Shown piece after piece: positions 1 through 7,872 of a DNA stretch of 64,000 nt. The stretch spans positions 32,110 to 96,109 of the IMG/VR virus record IMGVR_UViG_3300025889_000087; one strand, written 5' to 3'. The DNA comes from a virus. Position numbers and translations under genes: made by a program. The stretch's first letter is position 1, and each line of letters starts with the position of its first letter. A model generated the notes under the pieces. It did no database searches, was not told the DNA's origin, and saw nothing but the letters and a program-made list of their open reading frames with translations.

Positions 1-348
1 GAAGACTTTGACGGCAATTCCGTCGTCGAAACCGCCGCCATACGCAACCATAGGCCATTCTATGCCGTCGCGATCAACGTGCGTTGCGTGAAATAGGCGA
101 TCTCGCAAGCCGGGGTTATCGAGGGTATAGCCCCAACCACCATATCCTTGTGTGCCGTCTTCGTTGATTCCATGCCGTTCCATCAACACGGCATTATCCC
201 TGTCCGCTTCGTCGGTGAACGCGCTCAATTCATCCAAAAGAGCGCGGCGTTCAGCCAACGCCTGCGTGTATTCGGGTCCAATTTCACGAATTGAATTGAG
301 ATCCAGTGGGGCTTTCACCACCAACCACGCGGTGTCGAAAGCGTTCAT
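1..348 (-). CDS. Tagged array protein, 3' end runs off the window; paralog of 809..1708
   Basis: Not in the ORF track. Manual translation from ATG 348 gives MNAFDTAWLVVKAPLDLNSIREIG...LFHATHVDRDGIEWPMVAYGGG. The ATG overlaps the stop of 345..812 (ATGA), and 27 nt (301-327) are identical to 1661-1687. Confidence 0.85.
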   Translation of the reverse strand, partial: MNAFDTAWLVVKAPLDLNSIREIGPEYTQALAERRALLDELSAFTDEADRDNAVLMERHGINEDGTQGYGGWGYTLDNPGLRDRLFHATHVDRDGIEWPMVAYGGGFDDGIAVKVF

Positions 349-812
349 TCTTCCATCACCCCAATGTCCGAAGTGCCGTGCTTTTCACGCATCCTTTGAG
401 CAAATCCTTCACCAAGATCCGTTTTCATTGACCTGACCGGATCAAAAAAGGTCTTCCCTTGAGATTGAGCCAAACGCACGATGAGATGCAAAAGGGCTTC
501 CTGATACCCTTTTCCTCTATACCCACTCTTTGTCGATATTGTATAGGGATAGATGCCGTGGTCGAAATATGGCGCAATAATGTGGTGAGCCCTCCAATCG
601 TCGTCTTCATCCATGATGTAGGCCGAACCGACGCCCGCTCCATCCTCACTCAAGCGGGCAAAAGCAGGCAATCGTTCCTGTGTTTCAGGGTCGATGAAGT
701 CCGCTTCCAAGCGTTGATAGGGGTAGCCCCCGATTTCCTCGGTTGTTTCACGGATTGAGTCAAAGTCAAGCGGGGCCTTCATCAAAGACCAAGCGCGGTC
801 GAAGGCGGTCAT
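345..812 (-). CDS. Tagged array protein, GNAT-family acetyltransferase-like
   Basis: N-terminus MTAFDRAWSLMKAP; acetyl-CoA motif A-like ISTKSGYRGKGYQEALL. Confidence 0.75.
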   Translation of the reverse strand: MTAFDRAWSLMKAPLDFDSIRETTEEIGGYPYQRLEADFIDPETQERLPAFARLSEDGAGVGSAYIMDEDDDWRAHHIIAPYFDHGIYPYTISTKSGYRGKGYQEALLHLIVRLAQSQGKTFFDPVRSMKTDLGEGFAQRMREKHGTSDIGVMEE

Positions 813-1708
813 TGTTGATCCCCCATCCGCTCACGAAGACCGCGCCACCAAATCTCATGCAATCGGTCGCGGTAGTTCGGGTCGTTTTGGTTCGCCGCCC
901 ACATGCGCTGCGCGTCAAAGGACTGGTTGGGGTCGGGCCTCAAATCCACCTCTAAATCGTCGGGAAGGTAATTGTCGTTGAGTTCGCTTAGGAAATCGCG
1001 CATGGCCGTGGCTATGCCTTTGCGTTGATAAGAAGGTTTAACGTCGAGCATTGAACCTTCCGAGTATTCATAGAGCATGTCGCTCGCCGTCTCGTAATTG
1101 GCTTCTATTTCATCCAATTCGTGGTCCGTGTATTCTTCCGGGTTGTGTTCTGCGCGAATCCGAGCATCGAATGGGTTTTCAGACAAGCCCATTCTTTCGG
1201 TGATGATGCCTTCAAGGATTGAGCCTCGGTCTCCATGACCTGCGGCAGTGACAGAAAGCGAACCTACCCGATTTGGTAAGTAGTCACCATAAAACCACCT
1301 GTCGCCAATCTGCGCACCATGCCCCCTACCAATTTCCTTTATGGGGCCTTGTCCTCCGCCGACATATGCTGCCACTTCGGCACCTCCGCCCCCCAGTCCG
1401 TAGGTAATCATTGGAAACTTGTTGCCCTTTTTGTCGTAGTGGTTTGCACGGTAAATCGAGCCGTGGTGTCGGGCCATCCCGATGATGTGCTCCAACGAAG
1501 AAAGTTCTTCGATGAGTTTGACCCAATCTTGATAGGGGATGTCTCCCATGATGCCGTGAGTCGTCGTCTTATAATCTTCCTCAAGCAAACTCCGAAGCAT
1601 GTTCGCTCTTTCCGTCATAGCCCAAAAGTAGTCATCGCCCAGTCTTTGCACTGAGTCAAGATCCAGTGGGGCTTTCACCACCAACCATGCACAATCAAAC
1701 GGGCTCAT
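809..1708 (-). CDS. Tagged array protein with C-terminal GNAT acetyltransferase domain
   Basis: Start reassigned to MSPFDCAWLVVKAP (ATG 1708); motif A LDVKPSYQRKGIATAM followed by PDPNQSFDAQRMW. Confidence 0.8.
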   Translation of the reverse strand: MSPFDCAWLVVKAPLDLDSVQRLGDDYFWAMTERANMLRSLLEEDYKTTTHGIMGDIPYQDWVKLIEELSSLEHIIGMARHHGSIYRANHYDKKGNKFPMITYGLGGGGAEVAAYVGGGQGPIKEIGRGHGAQIGDRWFYGDYLPNRVGSLSVTAAGHGDRGSILEGIITERMGLSENPFDARIRAEHNPEEYTDHELDEIEANYETASDMLYEYSEGSMLDVKPSYQRKGIATAMRDFLSELNDNYLPDDLEVDLRPDPNQSFDAQRMWAANQNDPNYRDRLHEIWWRGLRERMGDQQ

Positions 1709-2129
1709 CGTCGTCCCCCGTTTTTCGTCGCATTTGCTCCTGCAATTCCTCACTAAACCACGGGTTTTCGTATTGCATCGCGTTGGGCCAGTCGATGTCT
1801 TCGGGCGGAATTGGCTCGTTCGACACAAACGACGCCATCTCAGGGTCAATGCCGAGTATTCGTGCGAGAATGGGGGAATGGTCTATACCCGGCCTCATGC
1901 GGGGGTCGCCTTCATCACGCCAAAACGGGAGGGTGATGATTTGTCGGCTTTGTGGCCGCGTCATACCGATCCACTTCGCCGCCCCGTCTTCGTCACGAGA
2001 AGCGTAGACTTCACCAAAATTGGACTTGATTCCTTGGGCTGCAATAGGACCAAGGTTTTCCATAGGCGTGGCGTGGTAATACCACGGTGCCTTGACGAGC
2101 GACCACGCTCGGTCGAAGGCATCCGCCAT
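1695..2129 (-). CDS. Tagged array protein, ADP-ribosyltransferase fold (His-type, Tpt1/KptA- or PARP-like)
   Basis: MADAFDRAWSLVKAP then YYHATPMENLGPIAAQGIK...VYAS, with a C-terminal IPPEDI. This pattern is typical of H-type ART domains. Confidence 0.7.
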   Translation of the reverse strand: MADAFDRAWSLVKAPWYYHATPMENLGPIAAQGIKSNFGEVYASRDEDGAAKWIGMTRPQSRQIITLPFWRDEGDPRMRPGIDHSPILARILGIDPEMASFVSNEPIPPEDIDWPNAMQYENPWFSEELQEQMRRKTGDDDEPV

Positions 2130-2147
2130 GGTTCATGCACCCCTCGC

Positions 2148-2951
2148 TCATCGTTTGAACATTCCGCGACCAAACATGAAGTCCCATATTTCAGGGTCAA
2201 TGTTGTGTTGCTGACCTGTGGGTATGGGCCTTCCTTCTTCGCCGCCTGCATAAAACAGGCCCCATTGTTGAGGTGGACCAGTATAGCCGTCAATGTTGGT
2301 TGCCCCTAAATCGGAAAGCACACGTCTCCGCAATTCGGGGTCACGCAATATCGTTCGCTGCATCATCATGGCCGCGCTTGGTGGTTTGAACACCTGAGAA
2401 GCGTATTCAGGTATAATCACCCAATCTTTGCCATGTTCTTGAAGACGCTGACCCCATTTTTCAACATCTCCTTCGCCAAAAAGGCCACGATAGAGAGAAA
2501 AGGCCAAATTGTTCAATTCATCTTTCTCGCTCCCATCCCAATTTATGTGGCTCGTTCCGTCATTTCCCATTTGCATAGGAGGGACATAGACCCGCTCGGG
2601 GTTCACTTCAGGCAACGTGAACGAATGGACATCACGGGTATTCCCTCCATGCTGTTCTTTGTCCCATCCCGCGTATTGCTGCGCCGTCAGCAATTGCGGC
2701 GAAAAGAAGCGACCGCTTGGATCGCCCGCACGGTATAGGGTCTGCCCAGTGAACGGGAAAAATGGTGCTAAATTGCTCGGCTCATTGACTTGAGCCATGA
2801 TGAGTTCGGGCATGATGTCTTCCAAAAAATCATGGTCTTCGCCCGCCCAATCCCACGGCTGCCTGCGTCGGTGTGCGTCAAAAATCCTGAAGGCCTCGTC
2901 CTCGGTGATGGGGGCTTTGATGATCGCCCATGCGGCGTCGAAGGGCGTCAC
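2148..2951 (-). CDS. Tagged array protein, putative ADP-ribosyltransferase-like domain
   Basis: GTG 2951 (GTGA overlap), VTPFDAAWAIIKAP; LYRAG...FFSPQLLTAQQYAG resembles the ART strand 1/strand 2/A-x-x-Y-A pattern. Confidence 0.65.
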   Translation of the reverse strand: MTPFDAAWAIIKAPITEDEAFRIFDAHRRRQPWDWAGEDHDFLEDIMPELIMAQVNEPSNLAPFFPFTGQTLYRAGDPSGRFFSPQLLTAQQYAGWDKEQHGGNTRDVHSFTLPEVNPERVYVPPMQMGNDGTSHINWDGSEKDELNNLAFSLYRGLFGEGDVEKWGQRLQEHGKDWVIIPEYASQVFKPPSAAMMMQRTILRDPELRRRVLSDLGATNIDGYTGPPQQWGLFYAGGEEGRPIPTGQQHNIDPEIWDFMFGRGMFKR

Positions 2952-3706
2952 CACCAATCATCCTCCGTGATTCCCACATCGTTAGCGGCCTGTCGCTGCC
3001 ATTCCTCCAAATTGTCCCATTCGCCGTGCATTTCAATGGGTGACGCATCTTCATGGGAAAAAGATTCCACGAAATCATCGTATTCGGACGTTCTATACAC
3101 ATCATCGGTTGCCTGATGTTGAGGCGGATTGCGGTTAAACCGCTCAAGCGATTCATTGTTCCGGTAGGCAATCAAACGCTGCAAAGCCTCCCGTGCGTGT
3201 TTTTCCCGTTGGTCGGGTGTGAAAGCGGCTCCCGAAGTCACTTCAGGGTCAAGCCGCGCCTTTCCTTCATTGATGAACTCCTGAAGCAATTCAATAACGC
3301 GGTCGTGCGGAAGCCTCACGCTCCCCACATCGTTCCAATCTTCCAACATAACACCAAAGCCGGGACTGAAAGGGTCTTCACGCAACATTCCCGGTTCGTC
3401 TTCTCCATATTCGCTTGGGTCAATGACGCTGATGCTCGGAATTGTCCTCCGCATTGGCGGTGCTTCAATACCGCGTGAGTCAATCAATTGTCTGTTGGCG
3501 GGGTTCATGTATCGCGCAGCCGAACCGAAGAGCGCGTATTGGAGGGCGGCGTCGAGATTGTTTGAAAAATACCGTGGGTCGTCCCTCGCGTCCCCGCCGC
3601 TGAACAACATTTCGTCGTCTTCAATTGTCCTAACGAGGCCCCTGTCGCCCGCATAAACGTCAATGGGGGCTTTGATGATCGCCCAAGCAGCGTCGAAGGC
3701 GGTCAT
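2948..3706 (-). CDS. Tagged array protein, ART-like family (paralog of 3703..4362 and 6307..6981)
   Basis: MTAFDAAWAIIKAP; LFSGGDARDDPRYFSNNLDAALQYALFGS. Confidence 0.7.
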   Translation of the reverse strand: MTAFDAAWAIIKAPIDVYAGDRGLVRTIEDDEMLFSGGDARDDPRYFSNNLDAALQYALFGSAARYMNPANRQLIDSRGIEAPPMRRTIPSISVIDPSEYGEDEPGMLREDPFSPGFGVMLEDWNDVGSVRLPHDRVIELLQEFINEGKARLDPEVTSGAAFTPDQREKHAREALQRLIAYRNNESLERFNRNPPQHQATDDVYRTSEYDDFVESFSHEDASPIEMHGEWDNLEEWQRQAANDVGITEDDWW

Positions 3707-4362
3707 CGCAATACCCCAAGCCGTTGGTGCCCTGCCCCCTGTTCAAGCATTTCAAGCAAAAGCCGGTAAAGGTGGGCCTGTTGGTCTATGAACCCGCCGA
3801 AATCATATCCTCCCGTAGCATTCCGGTCAAACTGTTTTGCGCCCTCAACCAATTCCCCCGTATATGGATTTGAGAATGTAGGTTGCGTTCCCCACGCCAA
3901 CCTCCCTTGCCCGTCCGCCAACTCGCGCAACAAGATTTGCAGCATTTCATTGTCGGGTAATGTGCGGTAGCGGACCCGTGGGGGTTGGCTCAATGATGGG
4001 GCATAAAAACCACTATTCCCCCTCCGAACGGTCTTGTCCGCATCAATACCAATCCAATTCATGTTCTCGGGTTCTCCCGTTAAAAACTCAGGATCGTGAA
4101 TGAGGCGGACTGTTTCGTCCGTGGGGGTAGCAATCCGCAATTCAGGTATTCCTGTCCGGTATTTCCTCTCCCCTCCACTTCCTGAGCCAAATACGGCGTA
4201 GGCAAGAGCCGTTGATTTGTCGGGTGTCCAATACCGCGTATCTTGTCCCCCGCGTTTATTGCCCTGATAAAGCGTGTCGCCTTCTTCGCCGGACAAAACA
4301 CGAAAACCCGGCATGACGTAGGGCATTTTTACGATGTCCCAAGCGGCGTCGAAGGCGGTCAT
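3703..4362 (-). CDS. Tagged array protein, ART-like family
   Basis: ATG 4362 after a GAGGT SD; MTAFDAAWDIVKMP; LYQGNKRGGQDTRYWTPDKSTALAYAVFGS. Confidence 0.7.
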   Translation of the reverse strand: MTAFDAAWDIVKMPYVMPGFRVLSGEEGDTLYQGNKRGGQDTRYWTPDKSTALAYAVFGSGSGGERKYRTGIPELRIATPTDETVRLIHDPEFLTGEPENMNWIGIDADKTVRRGNSGFYAPSLSQPPRVRYRTLPDNEMLQILLRELADGQGRLAWGTQPTFSNPYTGELVEGAKQFDRNATGGYDFGGFIDQQAHLYRLLLEMLEQGAGHQRLGVLR

Positions 4363-4363
4363 A

Positions 4364-4576
4364 TCATACCTCACCTACCCAATCCCAATTTGCATCAAGG
4401 AATCGCTGTTCTATTCTATCCTTTGCCCCATTCTCTCGTTGAACAATAGCCACTTGATGTGTTCCCACCCCATCGGGTATCATATCATACCCCACCAATT
4501 GAACCTGTTCGCCTGTGTGTTTGTTCCTCAGAACTCCCTGCTTGAGCAAAGCCCAAGCGGTGTCGAAGGCGGTCAT
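4364..4576 (-). CDS. Tagged array protein, small hypothetical (70 aa)
   Basis: MTAFDTAWALLKQG; start overlaps the upstream stop. Confidence 0.8.
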   Translation of the reverse strand: MTAFDTAWALLKQGVLRNKHTGEQVQLVGYDMIPDGVGTHQVAIVQRENGAKDRIEQRFLDANWDWVGEV

Positions 4577-5067
4577 AGAAGCCCCCTCCTTCGCAGTTCC
4601 TCCATAATCGCAGGGTGTTCCATGCCCTCAACGAGCATGGCTCCGTATTCGTTTTCCGGTCCCCCCAAGTGAACAAACTCGTCCTGTATTGCTTCGTGGC
4701 CTTCTTCGTGCATGATTGACTCGATGATGCGCCGAATCATTTCATCTTCAGAAAGTCTTCGCCCTCCGAGTTCTTCGTTTCTGTTGCCCGGATCGTCCCA
4801 AGAATGGATAGGATGTGCGAGATTTACGGCTGCGACGTATTTATCGTCCGTGGCGTAAAGATTAGAAAAAGGCCCACGTTCACGTTCTTCCGGCTTTCTG
4901 CTCCGTTCTCTCCATCGAATGTTTGTCTTAGGCCATTTCATCGGAACCCAATTTTGCATCCTGCTATGAAAAGCGGCTTCTCGACTTCTCTCGTTCCCGT
5001 TTTCCAAATCCGCTCCAAAATAGAAGTCGGCCTTCAAAATCGCCCAAGCGGCGTCGAAGGCGGTCAC
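4573..5067 (-). CDS. Tagged array protein, HExxH zinc metallopeptidase-like
   Basis: GTG 5067 (GTGA overlap), VTAFDAAWAILKAD; helix IIESIMHEEGHEAI with a downstream E in ENEYGA. Confidence 0.7.
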   Translation of the reverse strand: MTAFDAAWAILKADFYFGADLENGNERSREAAFHSRMQNWVPMKWPKTNIRWRERSRKPEERERGPFSNLYATDDKYVAAVNLAHPIHSWDDPGNRNEELGGRRLSEDEMIRRIIESIMHEEGHEAIQDEFVHLGGPENEYGAMLVEGMEHPAIMEELRRRGLL

Positions 5068-5693
5068 AACGGCTCCCCCCATTCTTCCCGCAGTTCCTCG
5101 GCTAAACGCTTGGGGCGATTGACGGGCTCAATAGGCACTGGTGGGCGGTCTTCCTCAATGACCGGCCAATAGGTGCCTTCGGGATAGGTGGTGTGGATGT
5201 AGCCGGTGTTAAACGCATTCGTTGGCCGAACCCCTGTTTGTCCCTCCCAAAAGTCCATGCCCTCAAGACTTTGCAGGTTGCTTGGAGCAATCCTTCTCAT
5301 CAGCCCGAGGGCCCCCCGATCGGCGAGAATGGCCGCCAAATCGTAAATGGCGGTCATGTAGCCGCGGTTCCGATAAGGATTCCACGTCGAAGTGCCACCC
5401 GACGAGAACACCTGCGACGGCTCGTGTAGTGGGGCGGCGGGACGGTTGAAGGTTGCTTGAGAGCGGTCAATTTCATTTTGTCCATACGGTCCGGGGCCTC
5501 GGATGGCGACATGCACGTTTTCCCCTATGACCTGAGCCGTCATGGGGTGCTCTTCGCCCGTCACCGGATCCAAGAAGCGGGCCACCGGCTCGGGTGGCGT
5601 TTTCGTTGAACTCCACTTGACGTTTTGCGGATTTACAGAATCCACGATGAGGGGGGCCTTCATGACCGACCAAGCGGTGTCAAATGCCGTCAT
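5064..5693 (-). CDS. Tagged array protein, GNAT acetyltransferase-like
   Basis: MTAFDTAWSVMKAP; TSTWNPYRNRGYMTAIYD and PSNLQSLEGMDFW. Shares F-x-D-P-x-T-x-E-x-x-P with 345..812. Confidence 0.75.
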   Translation of the reverse strand: MTAFDTAWSVMKAPLIVDSVNPQNVKWSSTKTPPEPVARFLDPVTGEEHPMTAQVIGENVHVAIRGPGPYGQNEIDRSQATFNRPAAPLHEPSQVFSSGGTSTWNPYRNRGYMTAIYDLAAILADRGALGLMRRIAPSNLQSLEGMDFWEGQTGVRPTNAFNTGYIHTTYPEGTYWPVIEEDRPPVPIEPVNRPKRLAEELREEWGEPL

Positions 5694-6310
5694 CGCAACA
5701 CCCCAAGCCGCTCCAATTCAAAATAGGTGCGGTCCGGCATATCCCTACCCTCCCTGTATCGGATTTCCTCTCCGTCGGAGAATACCGGAATGACTTCTTC
5801 AAGATGCTGAGGCGCAATCGGACGAACCGACATCGTAGCGCGGTAGCCAATTCCGGGTTGAAAATCGGGGTCTTGCCACACAGGACCCGGCGGGGTAATA
5901 CGCGATCCAATAATGGACATGGGGCGTCCATGCCACGCATCGGAAAAGAATTGGGCCATCAGTAGCGGGTGAAGGTCGTTGTTGAAAGGGCCTTTCTGTT
6001 GCCATTGTCTTAGACTGACGGGTTGCCTTTGGTGACGAAACGTATAGACGGCTTCGTCATGGGGCCATTCGGGATATTTGAACGCCTCGCCCCTTTCTGC
6101 CTGTTGTATCGCTTCCATCACGGCTTTGCTATCAGGGGCAGGGCGACCGTAATGCGGCAAAACCGGACGTGGGACAATTCCTTCTTCAAGAACCTGATCG
6201 ACAAAATCAGAAGGAATGGCGCGGTAGGCACGGAATTGGTCTTTTCCGCCCCATGAGGGCGTGACTTCGACCGCCTTCACGACCGACCAAGCGGTGTCGA
6301 AAGCGTTCAC
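5690..6310 (-). CDS. Tagged array protein, putative ART-fold (Arg in strand 1)
   Basis: VNAFDTAWSVVKA (GTG 6310 or ATG 6313); AYRAIPSDFVDQVLEEGIVP and C-terminal IAPQHL parallel the pattern in 1695..2129. Confidence 0.6.
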   Translation of the reverse strand: MNAFDTAWSVVKAVEVTPSWGGKDQFRAYRAIPSDFVDQVLEEGIVPRPVLPHYGRPAPDSKAVMEAIQQAERGEAFKYPEWPHDEAVYTFRHQRQPVSLRQWQQKGPFNNDLHPLLMAQFFSDAWHGRPMSIIGSRITPPGPVWQDPDFQPGIGYRATMSVRPIAPQHLEEVIPVFSDGEEIRYREGRDMPDRTYFELERLGVLR

Positions 6311-6981
6311 CATACGTCCAACCCCCACTGCCGATTGCGATAGGTGCGCGAAGTGCCTGCGTTGTCTTGGCCCCCAGTGTCCAAACGCCCCGGTTCCTCC
6401 AAACCTTCAAGTCGTTCTGCCGCCCCCATAAGATGTTCCCGTATTTGCTGCTCCGTCGCGTTTTGCGCCGATGTGTCACCCACATAGACCCCTTCGTCGG
6501 TCATCCGCCGTTGGATTCCGTGTTCACCGAGAAGACGGATCATGTCGTAGATGTGGTTGCTCAATTCCGCTTTTGGCATAGGCGTGTAATTGATGGGGGC
6601 CTGATCGACGGCAAAATCATAATCGGGGTTCAGCGGCTCGCTCATCACTGCTCCCCTTTCCCCGGTCCATGTTTCAGGGTCTCCAAATAGAACATTTTGC
6701 GGAGAACGGTCAAAGTCCAAAGGGCCGGGGTCCTCAGCGACCATGACTTGCGGAATGGTTTGACGCATGGTCTGCATCCCCGTGCCCGAACCGAATAGAG
6801 CATAGCGCAGTGCCTCATCGAAATTGCGCGTCCAATAGCGCGGATCGTCGCCCTGATGCCCACCGGAATAGAGAGGGCCCTTGATGGACTCACGGTCGTC
6901 AAGGAACGGTTCGTAGTCGTCGTCTATGACGAACCACGGGGCCTTGACGACCGACCAAGCGTCGTCAAACGCTCGGCTCAT
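6307..6981 (-). CDS. Tagged array protein, ART-like family
   Basis: ATG 6981, MSRAFDDAWSVVKAP; LYSGGHQGDDPRYWTRNFDEALRYALFGS. Confidence 0.7.
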   Translation of the reverse strand: MSRAFDDAWSVVKAPWFVIDDDYEPFLDDRESIKGPLYSGGHQGDDPRYWTRNFDEALRYALFGSGTGMQTMRQTIPQVMVAEDPGPLDFDRSPQNVLFGDPETWTGERGAVMSEPLNPDYDFAVDQAPINYTPMPKAELSNHIYDMIRLLGEHGIQRRMTDEGVYVGDTSAQNATEQQIREHLMGAAERLEGLEEPGRLDTGGQDNAGTSRTYRNRQWGLDVW

Positions 6982-7020
6982 GTGATTCCGCACGAACCGC
7001 GGAGAGAAAAACGTGGCGGT
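6979..7020 (-). promoter_or_regulatory. Putative leaderless promoter, copy 1 of a duplicated upstream element
   Basis: Minus strand ACCGCCACGTTTTTCTCTCCGCGGTTCGTGCGGAATCACATG, a near-copy of 7488-7529. Confidence 0.55.
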
Positions 7021-7490
7021 CAGAACTCGGCTCCTTCCAAGTCTTCCAAAACACGATGCGGGCTTCCCTTGGGGGCGGCTTGCTTACGGGCCCTTGGGCG
7101 AGGCATACGAGATACGGAACCGTAGCCCCCGTAATCCTCGGAAGATGGCTTCTCCCTCTTTGACTTAAAACCGTGGTCGAAGAATGGACCCTCATAATCT
7201 CCCCTTGCGCTCAAATCAAGACCACTTGTCAAACCTGTGTGGGGGCCATGTTCCGAATCGCCCAATCCGAGTCTTTGGCGGGCGAAATCTCGCTGATAGT
7301 CTGCGGCAAGCAGCGCGTAAATGAGAGCATTCGGATCGACTGTCCCCAAATTGTGCGCACCCGAACCCATGTTGTTGGCGAGGTTCATACGTTCCTCGGT
7401 ATCAGGGTGAACCTGTGAGTTAATGCGGTTGAATGCCTGATGGTTGGGGTTCGCCTTAACGATAGACCAAGCCGACTCAAACGCTCCCAT
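7020..7490 (-). CDS. Tagged array protein, hypothetical with basic C-terminal region
   Basis: ATG 7490, MGAFESAWSIVKAN. Confidence 0.8.
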   Translation of the reverse strand: MGAFESAWSIVKANPNHQAFNRINSQVHPDTEERMNLANNMGSGAHNLGTVDPNALIYALLAADYQRDFARQRLGLGDSEHGPHTGLTSGLDLSARGDYEGPFFDHGFKSKREKPSSEDYGGYGSVSRMPRPRARKQAAPKGSPHRVLEDLEGAEF

Positions 7491-7626
7491 GTGATTCCGC
7501 ACGAATCACAGGGATAAAAACGTCGCGGTGAGTCAGGGCCCTCACCAACCATCCCCCCATATTGCCTTCCCATCGACGGTGACTTGCTTCGTCCCATACC
7601 GAGAATGCGGCATCGAAGGCATCCAC
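7477..7626 (-). pseudogene. Degenerate or micro member of the tagged array
   Basis: GTG 7626, VDAFDAAFSVW. Preceded by GGGGTATTGC, as at the 3706 junction, and by a T-run about 30 nt upstream. Lacks the conserved W and K. Confidence 0.35.
7488..7529 (-). promoter_or_regulatory. Putative leaderless TATA promoter with an 8-bp inverted repeat
   Basis: TTTTTAT lies 24-30 nt upstream of ATG 7490; palindrome TGTGATTC-N5-GAATCACA at 7490-7510. Confidence 0.6.
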
Positions 7627-7772
7627 GCAATACCCCATGAGCCGCTCCTTGAAAAAAAAATCCGGCGGGAATGGGACTCCGGATCGGCCAAAAGACGGGA
7701 CTCCTAACACCCCTGTGAGTCCTAACAAAAAAAGTCTCAGATTTTTTCCGTGTAGCGTCTGTGGTTAGGGAG

Positions 7773-7872
7773 GCCGCGCAGCAAAAAAAAAAAATGTGCC
7801 CGCAGGCAAGCCTGCGGGCCATTTTGTTTTTTTTCGCTACACTGCGCGGCAGGCCCGACCGCAGGTCGGGCC
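7773..7872. repeat. Two adjacent inverted repeats (hairpins)
   Basis: GCCCGCAGGC-AA-GCCTGCGGGC (7798-7819), flanked by an A12 tract and a T-rich arm, with outer arms GCCGCGCAG/CTGCGCGGC. Second hairpin GGCCCGACC-GCA-GGTCGGGCC (7852-7872). Confidence 0.9.

Noticed and set aside
301-7490. Recurring ~35-bp repeats read as a CRISPR array or integron attC sites
   Set aside because: The repeats are degenerate, in-frame coding and non-palindromic, and are separated by 200-900 bp ORFs; no cas1 or integrase is present.
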